Shown: positions 19,132 to 29,292 of the stretch, piece after piece
Layout of the letters: the number at the start of each line of letters is the position of its first letter
Position numbering within the stretch: position 1 is the first letter of the stretch
IMG/VR virus record: IMGVR_UViG_3300028182_000001
Location: 64,001 to 128,000 of that record
Reading direction: 5' to 3' (one strand)
Source of the DNA: a virus
DNA length: 64,000 nucleotides
Translations under genes and position numbers: made by a program
The notes under the pieces: generated by a model
The model's input: the letters and a program-made list of their open reading frames with translations, nothing else
Databases searched by the model: none
What the model was told of the DNA's origin: nothing

Positions 19132-20209
19132 AAAGAAGTATGTTGTTTTCGGAGATTATCATTTACATAACTTCGCAGATTATGCGAAACCAATGACTGC
19201 GACATTGTACGGACAGGAATTAGAAGTTACGGATCGTTTAGTGGCTCACGTCCAAACGATAGACAAGCTATTTGAAATTGCTCATGAAAACGATGCAGAT
19301 GTAATATTCGTAGGGGACTTCTTCCACTCCCGTTACAGTATCCCAACCTTGGTATTTAACCTAGGGTTCGATGCTATTTACGAGAACATGCAGAAGTATC
19401 CGAATATGAATATGTACATGATTGTAGGGAACCATGACCAAAAGGACAACTCACGATTCCCTGTACATAGTTTACGATCCTTTAGAACGATTGATAGAGT
19501 ACATGTACTAGACGACTTCTACCCAGTGGATGTTGGCTCTTGTGTACTATACCCTGTGTCTTACTCCGACGATGTAGCTTATCTGAAACAACGTATTGTA
19601 GACTTTGCTCAAGATGCAGAACTGATGGACAAGCCGACTCTACTACTAGGTCACATCGGGATAGACGGTAGTGAGACAGGTAGATACAGCCACCGATTAG
19701 AAGGGGCATTTAAGGTAGGGGATTTATTCCCTCATATCTTTACATATGGTTTATTCGGTCACTATCATAAGTGGCAGTTCCTTGGTGGTACCGACAATAT
19801 GCTTTATACAGGAAATACAATCCAAACCAGTTTCTCCGATGAGGGACAAGATAAAGGTGTATGGCTTGTAGATGTGGAGAACATCGGTAGGCCGCAGTTC
19901 ATTCCGATACAGAATAAAAAGTTCATTACACTAACAACGATTCCTGACAATGCACAAGAGATTATCGACAATAACTACGTACGTTTTGTCGTTCCTCAAT
20001 CAGTAGCTACAGAGATAGAAGTGTTCAAGGAGAGCACAGACAACATCCGAGTAGAGGTGCAAAAGGAGTACAAATCAGAGCTACGTATTGACATCGAAGT
20101 AGGATCGGACGAGAACACAATCGTGGAGACATACACGAAAAAGATGTATCCACATGTGACAGCTATAGCACTGGATATACTAAAAGAAGCCAAGCTTCGA
20201 CAAGCATAA
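19121..20209 (+). CDS. sbcD: SbcD/Mre11-like metallophosphoesterase nuclease subunit
   Basis: GDYH, GDFFH, GNHD, GHYH motifs; start better placed at ATG 19121 than at 18890. Confidence 0.9.
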   Translation: MNPKKKYVVFGDYHLHNFADYAKPMTATLYGQELEVTDRLVAHVQTIDKLFEIAHENDADVIFVGDFFHSRYSIPTLVFNLGFDAIYENMQKYPNMNMYMIVGNHDQKDNSRFPVHSLRSFRTIDRVHVLDDFYPVDVGSCVLYPVSYSDDVAYLKQRIVDFAQDAELMDKPTLLLGHIGIDGSETGRYSHRLEGAFKVGDLFPHIFTYGLFGHYHKWQFLGGTDNMLYTGNTIQTSFSDEGQDKGVWLVDVENIGRPQFIPIQNKKFITLTTIPDNAQEIIDNNYVRFVVPQSVATEIEVFKESTDNIRVEVQKEYKSELRIDIEVGSDENTIVETYTKKMYPHVTAIALDILKEAKLRQA

Positions 20210-20215
20210 ACCATG

Positions 20216-20244
20216 AGGGTTAGGTCTACGGACTAACCCTTTTT
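20216..20244 (+). terminator. Intrinsic terminator
   Basis: AGGGTTAGGTC-tacg-GACTAACCCT followed by T-run. Confidence 0.75.
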
Positions 20245-20248
20245 GTCG

Positions 20249-20277
20249 TTGACATAACACGCTCTAAATGATACAAT
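20249..20277 (+). promoter_or_regulatory. sigmaA-type promoter
   Basis: TTGACA-17-TACAAT with TG. Confidence 0.8.
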
Positions 20278-20317
20278 GAGGTTACAGAAAGGTATACACT
20301 AAGAAGGGAGAAGAAAT

Positions 20318-22210
20318 ATGCAGTGGGATACATTAATCGTGAAAAACTTCCTAGCCATTAACGAAGCTAGGGTGCAGTTGCATAACCAAGGGTTAGTCCT
20401 GATTGACGGTATTAACAAGAGCGATCCGAAGTTTAAAAGTAATGGTGCAGGTAAAAGTACGTTAATTCCTGATGCTTTATCATACGCTCTATACGATATC
20501 ACAACTAAAGGGGATAAAGCAGACGATGTTATAAACAACAAAGTAGGTAAGAATACAGAGGTAATTCTTATTGGCCGCAAGGGTGAAGATACATACAGAA
20601 TTGAACGTTACAGAAAACATACGAAACATAAGAACAAGGTAAAGCTATTCCGAAACGATACGGAGATTACGGGTAAGTCGGCAAGTGTGACAAACAAGTT
20701 AATCGAAGAACTAATCGGGGTAGAGTATAACACATTCATTAACAGTATCTTGTTTGCACAGAAATCGGACGGACTCGGATCGTTCGCAGTACTGCCTGAT
20801 TCACGTAAGAAAGAAATTCTCGATAGTCTACTAAACTTAGATATTTATTCGTTAGCACAAGAGATTGCAAAAGAACGAGTAAAGAGTAAGGAACGTGAGA
20901 TGGATGAGAAGAGACGTGAAGGGGACAAGCTCGAATGGGAGTTAAGCCAAGTCGATGTACTAGAAGAACAAGAGAAAGCGCAGTATGAAAATACTCGTAA
21001 CCTGATTAGACAGGAGCAACAAAATTTAGCTGATACAGTGAAGCAGTTAAACGACTATCCTGCTAAGTTCTTCCCAGTTGTGGACAAGTGCCGAGAAGAA
21101 GTGGTAAGGCTTACGAAGGAACGAGAAGAGATGAACACAGTCAATATCTCGGAGTATCAGAATGACGTAAACCAAAAACAACAACTTGTAATGGCTACGA
21201 AAGCTGAGATTAATAGATTGGTGAAAGAGAAGGCAAGTATCGTTACGAACTACAAAAAAGTAGAGATGAGCAAGACTTGCCCAGTATGTGGTAGTGAGAT
21301 GGACAGCACACATCGTGAACAGGAATTAAACTCACTAAAGGATCAGCTACGCCAAGTACTTATCTCAGCTCAATCATTGGAGCCAATCCTACAACAACAT
21401 GAAACAGAGTACCAAGCATCGTACGAAGTGTTCTCGCAACATAAGGACATACAGAACCGAGCGATGGAAGAGTACCGTAACATCTCAGTTCAGATTCAGA
21501 AGAACGAGCAAGCGGTCCAACATTACGAAACAAACCTGAAAGCACTCAAGGATAAAGTACAACACATCAACACAACGTTAAAGAAGCTTATGAGTATCCC
21601 TGAGCCACAGAAAAAAGATTCCAATAGAGAAGCTATCAAAGAAAAGATAACGGCTCACAAACACTCTCTCGTGGCTTTAGAGAAAGAGAAGCAGACGTTA
21701 GAAGACGCAGTTAAGGTTTACTCGAATGAAGGAGTTAAATCTCACGTACTCGACCTTATCACACCATTCCTTAACGAACAAGGAAATACATATCTTGCTA
21801 AACTAGCAGGAAGTAACATGGAGCTAAACTTTAGTACACGTACACCGAAGAAAGATGGTGGGTACTCAGAAAAGTTTGATGTGCAGTTAATCAACCGAGC
21901 AGGTGGAGACAAGTACAAGTCTAACTCAGGTGGAGAACGTAAACGAGCAGACTTAGCTATCTCTCTAGCATTACAAGATTTAGTACTAGGTAGCACGAAC
22001 TTAATCGTATACGATGAGGTATTCGATGCACTGGACGAGGTAGGCGTAGAAAACGTGGTGGCGTTATTAAAAGAACGAGTAAAAACCATCGGTTCAATAT
22101 TCGTAATAACACACAACCAACACTTTAGTAATCTATTTGAAAAACGAATTACAATTGTAAAAGATACGAACGGTATCTCAACATTAAAAGAAGGGGAAGG
22201 AAAATCATGA
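20318..22210 (+). CDS. sbcC: SbcC/Rad50-like SMC ATPase
   Basis: NGAGKST Walker A, coiled coils with CPVC zinc hook, SGGE signature, YDEVFD Walker B, ITH. Confidence 0.93.
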   Translation: MQWDTLIVKNFLAINEARVQLHNQGLVLIDGINKSDPKFKSNGAGKSTLIPDALSYALYDITTKGDKADDVINNKVGKNTEVILIGRKGEDTYRIERYRKHTKHKNKVKLFRNDTEITGKSASVTNKLIEELIGVEYNTFINSILFAQKSDGLGSFAVLPDSRKKEILDSLLNLDIYSLAQEIAKERVKSKEREMDEKRREGDKLEWELSQVDVLEEQEKAQYENTRNLIRQEQQNLADTVKQLNDYPAKFFPVVDKCREEVVRLTKEREEMNTVNISEYQNDVNQKQQLVMATKAEINRLVKEKASIVTNYKKVEMSKTCPVCGSEMDSTHREQELNSLKDQLRQVLISAQSLEPILQQHETEYQASYEVFSQHKDIQNRAMEEYRNISVQIQKNEQAVQHYETNLKALKDKVQHINTTLKKLMSIPEPQKKDSNREAIKEKITAHKHSLVALEKEKQTLEDAVKVYSNEGVKSHVLDLITPFLNEQGNTYLAKLAGSNMELNFSTRTPKKDGGYSEKFDVQLINRAGGDKYKSNSGGERKRADLAISLALQDLVLGSTNLIVYDEVFDALDEVGVENVVALLKERVKTIGSIFVITHNQHFSNLFEKRITIVKDTNGISTLKEGEGKS

Positions 22211-22779
22211 AACTAATTAATATTTCAGAAAAGGAGATTCTGTTAGAACTGAAAACAACAGACAAGAAGCTAGAAGAAATTTGTCTGCCCAAAGAGAACA
22301 TTCATTTTTGGTATCCGTTTAACATCAATTTCTATTACAAGCATTCAAGCGCAAAGGGGTATATGTACTTAGTCCAGGATAAGCATTATGAAGGAACAAA
22401 CCATTATGATACTACGATCCTGAAACGTACAAAGAAGTTAATGAAGCACGAAGGTGTACCGTTAAACTTACCAGTGTACGAAAGAAATACATACATCATG
22501 AGTAAAGCATTTGAGTTAGGTATTCCAACGATTGCACAGAGTTACACAAGTGAAAGTGTCCAACACGGCTTCGACACGTTAGCTGCTATTATGGGTGATT
22601 TACAAAGTGAGATTGAAGAACGGTATGTGGAAGCATCGGGTAAATCTCAACCACCTATAAATACAGAGAAGTGGGACAAGGAGATGTATAAGCACGCTAC
22701 AGAAGAAGAATTATCTGAACTTCAAGAGTACGGTGAAATGTACACGATGTTATCTATTATGAGAAAATTATCTCAATAA
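22207..22779 (+). CDS. Hypothetical protein; positional equivalent of the kayvirus anti-sigma factor gene
   Basis: 190 aa between sbcC and primase; function suggested by synteny only. Confidence 0.4.
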   Translation: MKLINISEKEILLELKTTDKKLEEICLPKENIHFWYPFNINFYYKHSSAKGYMYLVQDKHYEGTNHYDTTILKRTKKLMKHEGVPLNLPVYERNTYIMSKAFELGIPTIAQSYTSESVQHGFDTLAAIMGDLQSEIEERYVEASGKSQPPINTEKWDKEMYKHATEEELSELQEYGEMYTMLSIMRKLSQ

Positions 22780-22791
22780 GGAGAAGGTACT

Positions 22792-23865
22792 ATGTTTATA
22801 GACTTACTAGAAGAGGAATTAGGTGAATCTAAGCCAGCAGGTAACGAGACAAGGTTTAATTGTCCATTCTGCTCAAATACAAAACATAAACTCTACGTGG
22901 AGAACGCAGACCTAGGGCGTTGGATATGCTTTAAATGTTCCAAGTCAGGAAACCCTGTATCATTCGTTATGGCATATTACCACGTAGACTTTGAAGAAGC
23001 CAAGGAAATTCTACTAACCTACGATTACGATGTAGAAGAGTTCAAGAAACAACGAACATCCTTCTCAGGTTACGGAGCAGGAGGACTCACGGAGGAGGAG
23101 AGACTGCTCTTATACATCACACGAGGAGGAGAACCGTTAGAGGAGGAGGTTAAGATTACATATACGTGTCCAAGACCTCCAACGAACTGTAAATCACTAA
23201 TGGAGAACTTCAATAATCCTGAAGCATTTATATTCTTCCAGTACCTACAAGGTCGTGGTGTAACACTCGAACATATTAGAGACCACAATATATCATATGT
23301 TACGTACGGAGAAGTAGAACTAGTGGATGGACGAAAGATGAACTTAATCAATCATCTCGTGTTCTTTACATTCGATGAGAACGGATACCCTGTATATTGG
23401 AATACTCGTAGCATAGACCCGAATCCGTTTATTAAATCATTCAATGCTCCTGCAAAGACGACAGAATATTCTAAAAATAATACGGTTTTCAATCTAAACA
23501 GAGCACGGTTTTATGATAAAATAGTAGTTACTGAGGGTGTATTTAACGCACTGACTGTAGGGTATCATGGAGTCGCAACCTTCGGTAAGAAGGTTACAGA
23601 GGAACAGGTTAAGATGATGTTAGATGCCACAGAACAGTTTAAAACCCCAATATATTTGTTCCTAGATAAAGATGCCTGGAAAGAGATGATACAGTCTGCT
23701 CATACGATCCACCGTATTGATCCTACTAGACCAGTGTACTACGTAAACAGTCCAACGGATGAGGATGCGAATGACATTGGTACAGAGAGATGTTATGAAT
23801 GGATTTCAAATGCGTTCTTAGCAGATGCTCAAGGAGACTTACAGTTACAATTACTTAATATGTAG
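22792..23865 (+). CDS. DNA primase
   Basis: CPFC...CFKC zinc finger; TEGVFNAL and FLDKDA TOPRIM motifs; DAND. Confidence 0.92.
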   Translation: MFIDLLEEELGESKPAGNETRFNCPFCSNTKHKLYVENADLGRWICFKCSKSGNPVSFVMAYYHVDFEEAKEILLTYDYDVEEFKKQRTSFSGYGAGGLTEEERLLLYITRGGEPLEEEVKITYTCPRPPTNCKSLMENFNNPEAFIFFQYLQGRGVTLEHIRDHNISYVTYGEVELVDGRKMNLINHLVFFTFDENGYPVYWNTRSIDPNPFIKSFNAPAKTTEYSKNNTVFNLNRARFYDKIVVTEGVFNALTVGYHGVATFGKKVTEEQVKMMLDATEQFKTPIYLFLDKDAWKEMIQSAHTIHRIDPTRPVYYVNSPTDEDANDIGTERCYEWISNAFLADAQGDLQLQLLNM

Positions 23866-23877
23866 GAGGGTTTGCTA

Positions 23878-24024
23878 GTGGTGAATCTACGAGCACGAGA
23901 CTTTTACAAGAGAGAAAACTATGAAACGTTTTGGCGCTTCTTATTGGGGATGGTTATATGTACGTTCATACTGTTTCCGATAGCGTTCTTTCTTAAATTG
24001 GTTGACAAAATAACTGGTAACTAA
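23878..24024 (+). CDS. Small (48 aa) membrane protein, not in the ORF track
   Basis: AGGAGG RBS, GTG start, FWRFLLGMVICTFILFPIAFFL hydrophobic segment, TAA at 24022-24024. Confidence 0.65.
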   Translation: MVNLRARDFYKRENYETFWRFLLGMVICTFILFPIAFFLKLVDKITGN

Positions 24025-24038
24025 GAGGAGGAGAACAA

Positions 24039-24311
24039 GTGAAACACAAATTTAAAATGTACGATTGGGACGAAGGTTGTTACTATATCATTCCGAAAGA
24101 AAATATTGTAGACGCAATACACTACGCTTGGAATTACGAGTTCGATGTCTACGACAGAGAATCAGGGGAGTTAATCTTCTCAGGACAAGAAGACGATGAC
24201 TTCAATTCAGAGATGCTAGAACCTTACGGGGTACGAGTTATTGAAACTGAGAAGCATCGCTGCTTGCAAACTATCGAGACAGGTGAAATTCACTTAGCAG
24301 AGTGGCAATAA
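24039..24311 (+). CDS. Hypothetical protein
   Basis: GAGGAGG RBS, GTG start, 90 aa. Confidence 0.7.
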   Translation: MKHKFKMYDWDEGCYYIIPKENIVDAIHYAWNYEFDVYDRESGELIFSGQEDDDFNSEMLEPYGVRVIETEKHRCLQTIETGEIHLAEWQ

Positions 24312-24314
24312 TGA

Positions 24315-24343
24315 TTGACAGTAACTATTCTGTATGCTAGAAT
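24315..24343 (+). promoter_or_regulatory. sigmaA-type promoter
   Basis: TTGACA-17-TAGAAT with TG. Confidence 0.8.
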
Positions 24344-24380
24344 ACTAGTTAGAAGTTAAGATATTAGGAGGAATAAATAA

Positions 24381-25193
24381 ATGGATACGTTGAAACCAGT
24401 AGAAGAATTGGAAGTATTATATATTGCACCACCAGGATTCGAACCTGAGAATGCTCACGGAGACGACTTCTGTGAAGATATCCGAGCATTAGAGGGCCGC
24501 TTAGTACCACAAGGTACATTTAAGTCGGTATTAGTACCGACAGGACTAAAGACTGCTTTTGCAACATCACACGGTATGAAGTTGAATACACGCAGTGGTT
24601 CAGGGTACCATACACCTCTTATCCTTTCAAACTCAACAGGTATTATCGAAGGATCGTATCGTGGTTATGTGGGAGTTATATTACGTAACACGTACCAAGA
24701 TAACTCGGTGGTAGACTTCGTATTCACAACAAAAGGTGAACGAGTTCCGTTATCTGAAGTACCTGAATCGGTATTAAAGAACGCTCGTGATTTCTATGAA
24801 GAAGATACAGTAAACTTAGGATACGATAAACCGAAGACAATGGAAGACTACGAAATCGAATTTGAAGCATGGGAAAGACGTTGGCATGGTGTTGATATCC
24901 ACGGGGCTATCTCAGGTATCTCAGCTAAGTTACAACGTGGAGAGATGTTAACAAAAGAAGAAGCAGACCTGTGGACAGATAGAAATGCTCCTCAACCTGC
25001 AATTCAACATCGCTTATTCGTAGACTTAGTTCCACGAGGAACTATCTACGTACAAGAGGGAGAGCGTATCGCTCAGATTCACTTCCAACCACGAGTAAAA
25101 CCAATTTGGAATAAATCTGAAGATGGTACACTACCTGATAGTGTTCGAGGAGAAGGCGGCTACGGTTCTACTGGTACTCACGAAAAGGAGTGA
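24381..25193 (+). CDS. dut: Trimeric dUTPase with a large insertion
   Basis: VPTGL, RSG (II), GIIEGSYRG (III), GERIAQ (IV), RGEGGYGSTG (V). Confidence 0.88.
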   Translation: MDTLKPVEELEVLYIAPPGFEPENAHGDDFCEDIRALEGRLVPQGTFKSVLVPTGLKTAFATSHGMKLNTRSGSGYHTPLILSNSTGIIEGSYRGYVGVILRNTYQDNSVVDFVFTTKGERVPLSEVPESVLKNARDFYEEDTVNLGYDKPKTMEDYEIEFEAWERRWHGVDIHGAISGISAKLQRGEMLTKEEADLWTDRNAPQPAIQHRLFVDLVPRGTIYVQEGERIAQIHFQPRVKPIWNKSEDGTLPDSVRGEGGYGSTGTHEKE

Positions 25194-25198
25194 AGTAA

Positions 25199-25531
25199 AT
25201 GAGCCACACACCTAATAAGGTATTAGAGTATATAGAAGACATCATACATCTCAAGCGTAACCACGATGGACAAGGCTTACTAGCCCTTCAACGGGAAGGG
25301 AAAGAAAAGCAAGTATCGTTAGAAGAAGTGGGTTTTGCATTCATATCTGTTATGGATGACTTTACCCACTATGTTGATGCTTCCCAAGGATTAATGGAGA
25401 TGCGCTTTAAAGCGCTCGTAGACTCTCTAGACGAGGAGACGAAGGCTGAGGTACTCCAACAGTTCGAAGAAGCAGGAGACGACCTATTAAACACTATAAA
25501 GGAGACTGAAGAACATGGCGAAGGAAACTAA
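25199..25531 (+). CDS. Hypothetical protein
   Basis: AAGGAG RBS, 110 aa. Confidence 0.7.
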   Translation: MSHTPNKVLEYIEDIIHLKRNHDGQGLLALQREGKEKQVSLEEVGFAFISVMDDFTHYVDASQGLMEMRFKALVDSLDEETKAEVLQQFEEAGDDLLNTIKETEEHGEGN

Positions 25532-25901
25532 AGCAGTAGCATTAACATTAACAGATGAGGAGTTAGAGCTTTATGCTAACTACGTATTCTCAGGTAAAGT
25601 AGAAAAAGAAGAAGATGAGAAAGTAATCGAGGAATTACAACAACGTTCTGTTACATTAGGTGATGCGACTAATATTGCAAAAATGTTAGCAACACAGGTA
25701 GCACAACAACTAACTCACCAAATGGTAAACATCATGGAACGAGTACAAATTCAAGAAATCGTTCTTGAGAAGTTAGGCGCAAACGGTAAAACGAAAAAAG
25801 ACGCAAAAGTTAAATACAAGAAGCAGATCGAAGAACAGAAAGAGAAGCTTATCAAGTTACAGTCTGAAATGGCTGAAACATTAGAGAAAGAAGAAGAGTA
25901 A
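25515..25901 (+). CDS. Hypothetical coiled-coil protein
   Basis: 128 aa, overlapping neighbours. Confidence 0.7.
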   Translation: MAKETKAVALTLTDEELELYANYVFSGKVEKEEDEKVIEELQQRSVTLGDATNIAKMLATQVAQQLTHQMVNIMERVQIQEIVLEKLGANGKTKKDAKVKYKKQIEEQKEKLIKLQSEMAETLEKEEE

Positions 25902-26164
25902 TGACTAGGTATCGGAAGAAGCCTGTTATCGTTGAAGCGGTCCAGTGGTTTGAAGGGATGCAAGTTGACGGAGTTATGGACAAGGCAATGCTATCAGAGG
26001 TTTGGTTGGACAAGACCTCCTCTGATGGACGATACGTTATTCCAACATTAGAGGGTTACATGACAGTTAGTAACGGTGATTACATTGTTACAGGTACGAA
26101 GAATGAAAAGTATCCAGTTAAACCCGACATCTTTGAAGAAATCTACGAAAGGGTTGAGGATTAA
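25901..26164 (+). CDS. Small conserved phage protein (KKPV..EA / TLEG / GDYIV / YPVKPDIF family)
   Basis: Motif string recurrent in phage proteins; translationally coupled on both sides. Confidence 0.7.
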   Translation: MTRYRKKPVIVEAVQWFEGMQVDGVMDKAMLSEVWLDKTSSDGRYVIPTLEGYMTVSNGDYIVTGTKNEKYPVKPDIFEEIYERVED

Positions 26165-26733
26165 TGGCATCAACTGGTAGAGGTAGTAAAACAAAAGGGT
26201 CAGGCTACGAGTTAAAAACAGCCAAGACTCTAGCAGCTTGGAGTGGGGAACAGGTACACAGGGTTCCTCAATCAGGTGCAGGAGGACATACATGGGGTAG
26301 CGATAGCCGTATGAACGGTGACATTGTATTCCCTGTAGGAAGTAAAAATCCTTTTGTATACGAATGCAAGAAGCGTGAAGGATGGGAAATGCACCACTTA
26401 CTCCTAGGGATCGGTCAAATTAAAGTATGGTGGGAACAAGTTGTTACAGATGCTCGAAGAATGAAAGAGCACGGTATGGCTCCTTGTCTCATCTTCTCTA
26501 GGAACCGTGATAAGGACTACGTGTTAATTCCTTATATTCCTGAAGTATTTAATACTCTATTAATAAATAAACACCCAGTATCGTTACAACGAGTACGTTA
26601 CGATGACCTCCGTGGAGAAGAACAAAACTTTGATACGATTCTAACTACGTTAGACGGATTCACTTCTTTTGCTCCTCAGGAATTATTCGCACTGTATCAA
26701 GGTATGAACTGGGATATACATAATGCAAGTTAA
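26164..26733 (+). CDS. Holliday junction resolvase (Hjc-like PD-(D/E)XK)
   Basis: KGSGYE...RVPQSGA...GDI...ECKK motifs. Confidence 0.85.
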   Translation: MASTGRGSKTKGSGYELKTAKTLAAWSGEQVHRVPQSGAGGHTWGSDSRMNGDIVFPVGSKNPFVYECKKREGWEMHHLLLGIGQIKVWWEQVVTDARRMKEHGMAPCLIFSRNRDKDYVLIPYIPEVFNTLLINKHPVSLQRVRYDDLRGEEQNFDTILTTLDGFTSFAPQELFALYQGMNWDIHNAS

Positions 26734-26764
26734 TACGTAAGTTTGAAAGGGGCAGACATAGAAA

Positions 26765-29104
26765 ATGGCAGATGTACAAATTATTAACCGAGGTAATATC
26801 ATTGAGTTCTACGATCCGAAGAAGGTAGAGAGCTATCTTCGCAGGTACACTCCCGAAGGAGTAAACGTTAATAGCATTGTAGGAAGTGTAACAGAGTTCG
26901 TAGAGTTAGAGGAAAACGTAACGAGCCTGAAAATCCAACAAGAACTATACTCTATCGCAGAGGGTTTAATCTCCGTACGTGAATCGTATTGGCAGGACGT
27001 AGCAGGATGTATTAAAGCAGACATCCTACGCAAAGAGGTATACAACAACCGTGGCTTTGAGAAAGGTTTAAAACGAGTACTAGAGCTAGGTTACGAAGGA
27101 GAACAATATACAAACTTCTTCGATAAATACTCTGACGAAGAAATTGCAGAGTTAGAGAAACATATTAACGAAGATAATGACTATTTCGTTAACCATGTAG
27201 GTGTACATATTGCTTATGACCGTTACACAACTTCAGTACCTGTTAAGAAAGAACATAACGGTAAAGAAATCACTGTAGGCGTTAAGAAGGTTGAAACTCT
27301 TCAAGAGCGTTACATGGTTGTCTCGATGTTCCTACACCAAAATGAAACAAAGGATCGTATTGCAAAAGTTATTAAAGGTTATAATCTTACAGGTGCTACA
27401 GACTTCACACCTGCAACACCGACCTTCATGAATAGCGGCCGACCGAATGGTAACTTATCATCTTGTTTCGTTGGTATGACTAATGACTCATTAGACGATA
27501 TCTACCGTGAAGCAGACCAATTTGCAAAGGTTTCTAAAAATGCAGGTGGTTACGGATTATACTTCGGTAAAGTTCGTTCATTAGGTTCTAGTATTCGTAA
27601 GAAGCCAGGTCTAAGTTCAGGTGCAGTACCATTCATGAAACTATTTGATGTAACCGCAGGTACAGTAGACCAGCAGTCAAAACGTCCAGGAGCAGTTACA
27701 ATCACATTAGACGTATGGCACCGTGATATTAGTACGTTCCTAAAAACACCTTTAGATAACACAATCCTAGAGAAGCAAATGCATAAAATCTTCCTAGCAG
27801 TATCTATTCCTGACTTATTCTTCCGTACGTTACAGAAGAACGAAGAGTGGTACCAGTTCGATCCGAAAGAAGTACAAGACATCATGGGATGGGGCTTAGA
27901 GGACAGTTACGATGAGAGAGAAGATGGTGGAACTTTCTCAGAACGCTATAAGCAATGTGTACAAGCATACAAAGCAGGTCACTTACAATTAGTAAACGTT
28001 ACAAACCCACTTACGATCCTAGCAGAGATTAACAAAACACGTATTGAAAAAGGACATCCGTTCCTATTCTTCCGTGACGCAGTTAACCGTGATAATGCGA
28101 ACGGTGGTATGATTTATTGCTCTAACTTATGTACGGAAATTGCAATCCCAATGTCAACTCCTACAATCGTTACAGAGGTTGTTAAGAAAGACGGAGAAGA
28201 CATCATGGTTCAGTACACAAGACCAGGAGATATCCCGACTTGTAACTTATCTTCTACTAACCTTAGCAAACTAGCGAAGGTACGTATCGCAGGTGGAGAT
28301 TGGAAAGCATACCTAGCAGACCTTATTCCAGTTCAGTACCGTATGTTAGCTAACGTAGTATTACTAAACGAGCAGGACGAAATGCCACAAACGAAGATTA
28401 GTTCTCTTCGTAAGCGTGAAGTAGGATTAGGTACGATGGGTCTAGCTCACGCACTAGCAATCTCTCACATTGCTATCGACAGTGAAAAAGCTCTCGAATG
28501 GCAAAATGAAGTATTCGAAGAAATTGCTTACCAAACAATTAAAGCAAGTATGGAACTAGCGAAAGAAACTGGTGACATTGCTCCTCATTTCCCTAAAACG
28601 AAATGGGCAGACGGTAGCTATATTGAAGGTAAGTTTAAAGCACACAGTGAAGATAAAGAACGTTGGGAAGAGTTAAAGCAAGATATCATTAAATACGGAC
28701 TGTATTCTACAATCCATATGGCTACGGCACCAACTGAAACTATCTCTTACATTGCTAATACAACGGCAGGTTCTGATCCTATCTACGGTAAAGAGTTTAC
28801 GTTAGAAAAAGCAGGAATCAAAACGAACATGGTGGCTCCTGGAATCGGTATGGATAACATCTTCTACTACAAAGATGCGTTCATCATCAAGAAGGGTATG
28901 TTCCTAAAAGGTGTTGGTATTCGTCAACGTTGGATTGACCAGTCTATCTCAACTAACCTATACTACATCAAGGATAACCTACAAGCATTCGATATGATTC
29001 AAGATTATATCACTGCTTGGAAAGAGGGAGCTAAAACAATCTACTACCACCGTTCACAAACAAACAAAGCTTACGAGCTTGCTTGTGAAAGTTGCGCAGG
29101 ATAA
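26765..29104 (+). CDS. nrdA: Class I ribonucleotide reductase alpha subunit
   Basis: ATP-cone-like N-terminus, PATPTFMNSG, LSSCF, SNLCTEI, TCNLSS, APTETIS, KTIYY, C-terminal CESC. Confidence 0.95.
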   Translation: MADVQIINRGNIIEFYDPKKVESYLRRYTPEGVNVNSIVGSVTEFVELEENVTSLKIQQELYSIAEGLISVRESYWQDVAGCIKADILRKEVYNNRGFEKGLKRVLELGYEGEQYTNFFDKYSDEEIAELEKHINEDNDYFVNHVGVHIAYDRYTTSVPVKKEHNGKEITVGVKKVETLQERYMVVSMFLHQNETKDRIAKVIKGYNLTGATDFTPATPTFMNSGRPNGNLSSCFVGMTNDSLDDIYREADQFAKVSKNAGGYGLYFGKVRSLGSSIRKKPGLSSGAVPFMKLFDVTAGTVDQQSKRPGAVTITLDVWHRDISTFLKTPLDNTILEKQMHKIFLAVSIPDLFFRTLQKNEEWYQFDPKEVQDIMGWGLEDSYDEREDGGTFSERYKQCVQAYKAGHLQLVNVTNPLTILAEINKTRIEKGHPFLFFRDAVNRDNANGGMIYCSNLCTEIAIPMSTPTIVTEVVKKDGEDIMVQYTRPGDIPTCNLSSTNLSKLAKVRIAGGDWKAYLADLIPVQYRMLANVVLLNEQDEMPQTKISSLRKREVGLGTMGLAHALAISHIAIDSEKALEWQNEVFEEIAYQTIKASMELAKETGDIAPHFPKTKWADGSYIEGKFKAHSEDKERWEELKQDIIKYGLYSTIHMATAPTETISYIANTTAGSDPIYGKEFTLEKAGIKTNMVAPGIGMDNIFYYKDAFIIKKGMFLKGVGIRQRWIDQSISTNLYYIKDNLQAFDMIQDYITAWKEGAKTIYYHRSQTNKAYELACESCAG

Positions 29105-29292
29105 TGAAAGCTATTAAAAAGGAAGACATGCTCCGCATCATTGCACATAACTTTGATGACGGAGAAGTCATCTTTAAAGATAGCAGTAGACTGGAACAGA
29201 TGTGGGAGCAGCTTGGGGACGATTGGTACATAGTTGATGGTCGATGGCAATTAACCAAAAAGAACGAGAAGTTAAACCCACAAAATAAATAA
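29104..29292 (+). CDS. Small hypothetical protein between the RNR subunits
   Basis: ATG at 29104 overlaps the nrdA stop; 62 aa. Confidence 0.55.
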   Translation: MKAIKKEDMLRIIAHNFDDGEVIFKDSSRLEQMWEQLGDDWYIVDGRWQLTKKNEKLNPQNK

